64,000 nucleotides of DNA from Scyliorhinus canicula (lineage: Eukaryota). Of this stretch, positions 62,885-64,000 are shown one piece after another. Below the pieces are notes generated by a model. The model searched no databases and had not been told where the DNA came from. It was given only the letters and a program-made list of their open reading frames with translations. The stretch spans positions 123,723,755-123,787,754 of the forward strand of contig NC_052148.1 of NCBI RefSeq assembly GCF_902713615.1, read 5' to 3'. Made by a program: the position numbers and the translations under genes. Numbering within the stretch: the stretch's first letter is position 1; each line of letters opens with the position of its first letter.

Positions 62885-64000
62885 GTAAGTCTCCGTGAGA
62901 AAAGCCTCAACTTTGTTTCCTTTTTGTAATTCTAGAAAATGGCAATGCCTCACAGCTTAATTTTATTGCAATAACTTGGGATGGCCTTTATTTGTTAGAT
63001 TTGCAATAATTGTCCCAATGAACATCTAAGCTTTGATTTGGAAATACAGGACTATCAGTGAGATGGTACAGGAACATCTGCTCTGCTCGTGGTGAAGACA
63101 AGTTTCAATAAATCTATGGAAGCAAGCCCCTTTCCTCAATTTCCAGATGTGCCAGCTCATTGAAAACATGTACAGTGAGGCAGGCTTTACTTGTAATTGT
63201 CTGGGATGTACAAAATTGGGTCAAGCAACAGCTCTTAAAGGTTGCTGCTTGGAAACAATAGCTCTTTTTGTGAGAAAACCTGACTGTATAAGGATTTTCA
63301 TTGAGTATTTTAATAGTAGATGGGCTAAAGTTGGGGAGTGTGATATGACAATAGGCAGTCTTTTTGTTGGAGGGGCTAAAGGATGAAAGGCTCAACAGAG
63401 TCGATGGTGATCAGACAGAGGATTCATTGGAGCAGCATGGAGCACAATGGAAGTGTTCAAAGCTGTACTTGTAAATGATTGGTGTGCTAAATATAATGCA
63501 ACACATTCAACTAATACATATTTAAATGTAAAAGAACTATAGAGTTACAAAAGCTAATTAGACAACTTAATGTTAAATTTACAAAATCAAAGATGGTTAC
63601 ATACTGTTTAAACATCACAAGTTAAACTGCTGTTGTGTCTGTAAAATATAACTCACACTCACAGCTGACCTCTAGCTATTACCCGCACTTAGTGAAGGAG
63701 GCTGGCCAGGTTACGAACAGTCAATGTGGATATCTTCTTTGGGCTTCAAAACCTACCCTCAAAAGAGTCCCTTCTTCTTGCGATGGTTGTGCCTGGGGGA
63801 CTCCCAGTTTTTCGCTGAAGATCTGTTCTGATGTTCTTTCATTTATATGGGTCTGCTAGCACTGAGTCATAGGTATAGGCCCACAACTAGCCTGAGTTCT
63901 ATTGTCCCATCCAGACACAAGCTCGTTCATGGGGAAAAAACAGGATACTCCTGTTCATCCAGGGTGATTAAATCAAGATCCATGGTCCTCTGAAATACCC

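Overview
Eukaryotic genomic DNA, not prokaryotic. The repeat families (tRNA-derived SINEs, CR1, L1/Tx1, Penelope) point to a cartilaginous fish (shark); the species cannot be fixed from sequence alone. The window holds the vertebrate FRYL-ZAR1-SLC10A4 block. FRYL (+) contributes its last coding exons, including an 18-nt microexon missed by the ORF track. ZAR1 (-) is complete: 4 exons, 433 aa, with an acidic internal repeat. SLC10A4 (-) is complete: 3 exons, 403 aa. The first two coding exons of a short secreted peptidoglycan-recognition protein gene (+) follow. The rest is mostly transposon-derived: a young Gypsy element with 99% identical LTRs and a 5-bp TSD, an older Gypsy relic, three L1/Tx1-type LINEs, hAT/Buster and Harbinger-like MITEs, Penelope fragments with hammerhead-ribozyme motifs, CR1/L2 relics, many SINEs and several minisatellites. 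The most notable observations are: a 32-nt copy of FRYL exon sequence fused to a Penelope tail inside an apparent TSD; paired hammerhead motifs in sense orientation in the last FRYL intron; the FRYL microexon plus a second candidate cassette exon; a PGRP gene where human has SLAIN2; and a possible unannotated or decayed minus-strand gene upstream of SLC10A4. I found no convincing wholly new multi-gene system. Gene and family names rest on recalled motifs, not database searches.
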